A stretch of DNA of 12,264 bases from Salpingoeca rosetta (Eukaryota > Protista > Choanoflagellata): NCBI GenBank assembly GCA_033442325.1, contig JAWQFM010000032.1, positions 252,647 through 264,910 on the forward strand, in the 5' to 3' direction. Both the position numbers and the translations under genes were made by a program. Shown piece after piece: positions 10,074 through 12,264 of this stretch. The notes beneath the pieces were generated by a model. That model searched no databases and was not told the DNA's origin. It worked only from the letters and a program-made list of their open reading frames with translations. Position 1 is the first letter of the stretch. Each line of letters starts with the position of its first letter.

Positions 10074-10612
10074 TGGGTACGTACCATGGGACCGGGGACG
10101 GTGAGTCGGGCAACTTCACCCTTCTGCATGGTCATGCAGCCCTCGTCCCAGCCTTTGATGACCTGCCCAAGGCCAACCTTGAAGGAGAACGTCTGCTGGC
10201 CAGGGTCCTTGGTGCTGCCAAGCGTAACGTGATGTGTTTGACAGTGGTTGGTGCAGTGAAGGGGGACGTGTGATGTGACAACAAACTGAGAAGAGGTGAT
10301 GGTTGTGTCCAGCGAGCTGTACATATACACAGACTGACAGACTGGCAGACTGACTGACAGCCACACAGCCACACAGCCACACACATACATACACACATAT
10401 GACGCTGTACCTCCAGAACTTCTTGCCGCTGTCGAGGTAGCCGGTGCAGTGGACGGTGATGTTGGCGCCGCGGGGTGGGGTCGGCCCACTGCCAGCACGG
10501 AGCACCTGTCAAATCGCAACAACACGGCAATATGAGCACCGCACGACCAACCCACCCACACCCACCCACACCCACACCCACACCCACACCCACACCCAAA
10601 CACCCACACACC

Positions 10613-10648
<36 letters not shown>

Positions 10649-10699
10649 GCATGTGCCGACCTCCTTGATGAGGCCGCCTGCGAGCGTCGTCTTGGACAT
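9536..10699 (-). CDS. FKBP12: FKBP-type peptidyl-prolyl cis-trans isomerase, single-domain FKBP12 (plant-type signature), 5 exons, 115 aa
   Basis: Exons 10699-10661, 10505-10411, 10214-10085, 9797-9750, 9571-9536 (348 nt, GT-AG). Product: MSKTTLAGGLIKEVLRAGSGPTPPRGANITVHCTGYLDSGKKFWSTKDPGQQTFSFKVGLGQVIKGWDEGCMTMQKGEVARLTVPGPMAYGPQGFPAWGIGPNATLTFEIEVLDF. Contains the FKBP motifs QVIKGWDEG, AYG and LTFEIEVL. Confidence 0.96.
10011..10072. repeat. (CA)n microsatellite in FKBP12 intron 3
   Basis: Perfect run, read as (UG)n on the sense strand just downstream of the donor. Confidence 0.98.
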
Positions 10700-10934
10700 G
10701 GTGATGAGCGAGGATGAGGGATGGAATGGGATCGTGGAAACCAAAACAAGCAGCAACAACAAGCGAGAAAGAGTTGAGAGGAAAGTGTGTGTGTGTGTGT
10801 GTGTGTGCAATTTCGAGTCGCCAACAACGAACGAACAACAGCAACGACAGAGCAACCACAACCCACCCAACACACACGCACACGCACTCAACACACATAC
10901 ACACACACGCTCACACGCTCACACACAGCGTGCC
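10700..10934. promoter_or_regulatory. Putative bidirectional promoter and 5'UTRs between FKBP12 and the right-hand gene
   Basis: Head-to-head start codons 235 bp apart. A short unique core (about 10807-10860) is flanked by (GT)n on the left and (CA)n on the right. Confidence 0.5.
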
Positions 10935-11096
10935 ATGGAGCGGGAGCCGCTGCTTGCGGGCGGCGACGCCGTTGGCTCTGACGAAGACGATGACCACCGT
11001 CATCACGACCGTCATCACAGCAGCAGCAACAACAATCTTGAGGTGAGCGTCGATGCATGTGCTTGTGTGTGTGTGTGTGTGTGAGTGTGTGTGTGT

Positions 11097-11141
<45 letters not shown>

Positions 11142-12172
11142 ACTCGCCACCCTCCTCCTTTCCTCCCTCCCTCCCCTCACGTCTCGCTCACACGCCGTCT
11201 GGTTTGCTTCCACCGTTTGCCAGGTGACTGGCGACGACTATGCGATGAACGAGGCCGCACAGGCATCTGGCAATGACACACAACAGTCGCAGCAACGCCA
11301 ACCACGACGGACCTCGAGACACAGCCATAACCGCAACGCGAACAACAACAATCATGATGACAATGACGATGATGATGGTGATGATGATGATGATGATGAT
11401 GATCAGATGCTGCAAGGTGATGGCCACGCTGCTGCTGATTCCATGCGCGCGCCCCTGTTGCCGGAGCGCGACAGGCAGTCGTCATCGCACTCGTCCGTGT
11501 CAGCGCTACCGCCGACAACACCTGATGACTCCGCGGGATCAGATGAGGTGCCCCCATACACACCGACAGCCACACAACAACAGCAACCATCACCGCAAAC
11601 ACAAGGACAGCAGCCATCGTTGACAGGGACACACGGCGGTGATGGTGATGCTGGTGGTGGCGGTGGCGACAGTGATGAGCTGCCGGATGCACCACCCACA
11701 TACGAGGACGCTGTCTGGTTCAACGCGCGGCCCGTTGACGCCGACATCCCATCGCTCTTGCAGGCGGTGTGTGTTGTGTTGTGTTGTGTTGTGTTGTGTT
11801 GTGTTGTGTTGTGTTGTGTTGTGTTGTGTTGTGTTGTGTTGTGTGTGTGGTTGTGCTGTGTGTGTGTGTGTGTGGGTGTGGGTGTGTGTGTGTGCGTTGT
11901 CAGCCTGTTTGTGTGCCACTTCACTCGCCCCTCTTTGTCCGCCCTGCTGTGCTTGCGTTCCAACCTTCCCTGACCACCCATCCGCCCCCCTCCACCTGCT
12001 TTTCTTCCGTCATGCAGACGGGTGCGGGTGCCAGCGGCAACAGCGCAACCACAGCAGCAGCAGCATCAACATCTTCAACGTCCTCGCAGCCACGTCGCCA
12101 TCTCATGAGCACGGAGGTGTCGCGTGCACTCATGACCCCGCGAACGGTCGTCCTGCAGCGCTCGCACGGCGG
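10935..12172 (+). CDS. 5' part of a spliced gene: low-complexity N-terminus with dileucine and PPxY motifs, probably followed by a PDZ domain (continues beyond the window)
   Basis: ATG in strong context (gccATGg) at 10935. Exons 10935-11042, 11224-11766, 12018-12172 with GT-AG introns and phases 0,0,2. Product: MEREPLLAGG...(poly-D, Q-rich)...DAPPTYEDAVWFNARPVDADIPSLLQATGAG...MTPRTVVLQRSHGG. The last residues resemble PDZ strand betaA leading into a G-[FLY]-G-F loop (inference). The ATG could be internal because an acceptor-like CAG lies at 10926-10928. Confidence 0.75.
11768..11845. repeat. (TGTGT)n pentanucleotide repeat, intronic
   Basis: Tandem GTGTT units begin at the donor site following exon 11224-11766. 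Confidence 0.95.
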
Positions 12173-12205
12173 GTACGCAACTGCACCTGTTGCTGCTGCA
12201 CTGCC

Positions 12206-12263
<58 letters not shown>

Positions 12264-12264
12264 G
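12206..12264. repeat. (GTT)n trinucleotide repeat, intronic, running off the window
   Basis: Perfect run to the window end. Confidence 0.97.

Noticed and set aside
9572-10906. 444-aa minus-strand ORF
   Set aside because: It runs through introns and includes only FKBP12 exons 1 and 3 in frame. The spliced 115-aa model explains the homology.
164-12172. Minor-class (U12) or non-canonical introns, recoding, selenocysteine
   Set aside because: All modelled introns are GT-AG without the GTATCCT donor, and all complete genes close in frame with no internal stops.
1-12264. Dozens of ORFs rich in HTHT, CVCV or poly-V/W/H in the ORF track
   Set aside because: These are translations of stop-free (CA)/(GT)/trinucleotide microsatellites. 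The real coding segments are short exons recovered by splicing.

Overview
Eukaryotic, gene-dense and intron-rich DNA saturated with (CA)/(GT) and other microsatellites. The style suggests the choanoflagellate Salpingoeca rosetta or a relative (inference from composition and gene content, not verified). Most ORFs in the supplied track are microsatellite artefacts. Manual GT-AG splicing with phase checks gives five genes in alternating orientation: (1) the last 4 exons of an uncharacterised protein (+, to 1430); (2) complete COP9 signalosome subunit 6 (-, 10 exons, 323 aa); (3) complete erlin/SPFH protein (+, 11 exons, 321 aa); (4) complete FKBP12-size PPIase carrying plant-type signature residues (-, 5 exons, 115 aa); (5) the first 3 exons of a low-complexity protein with a dileucine sorting signal, a PPxY motif and probably the start of a PDZ domain (+, from 10935). 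The most interesting signals are a consistent 5'-(GU)n...(CA)n-3' polarity inside introns combined with acceptors lacking polypyrimidine tracts, the plant-type FKBP12, and apparent intron-position sharing with human ERLIN2 and COPS6. No RNA genes, mobile elements or CRISPR arrays were supported.
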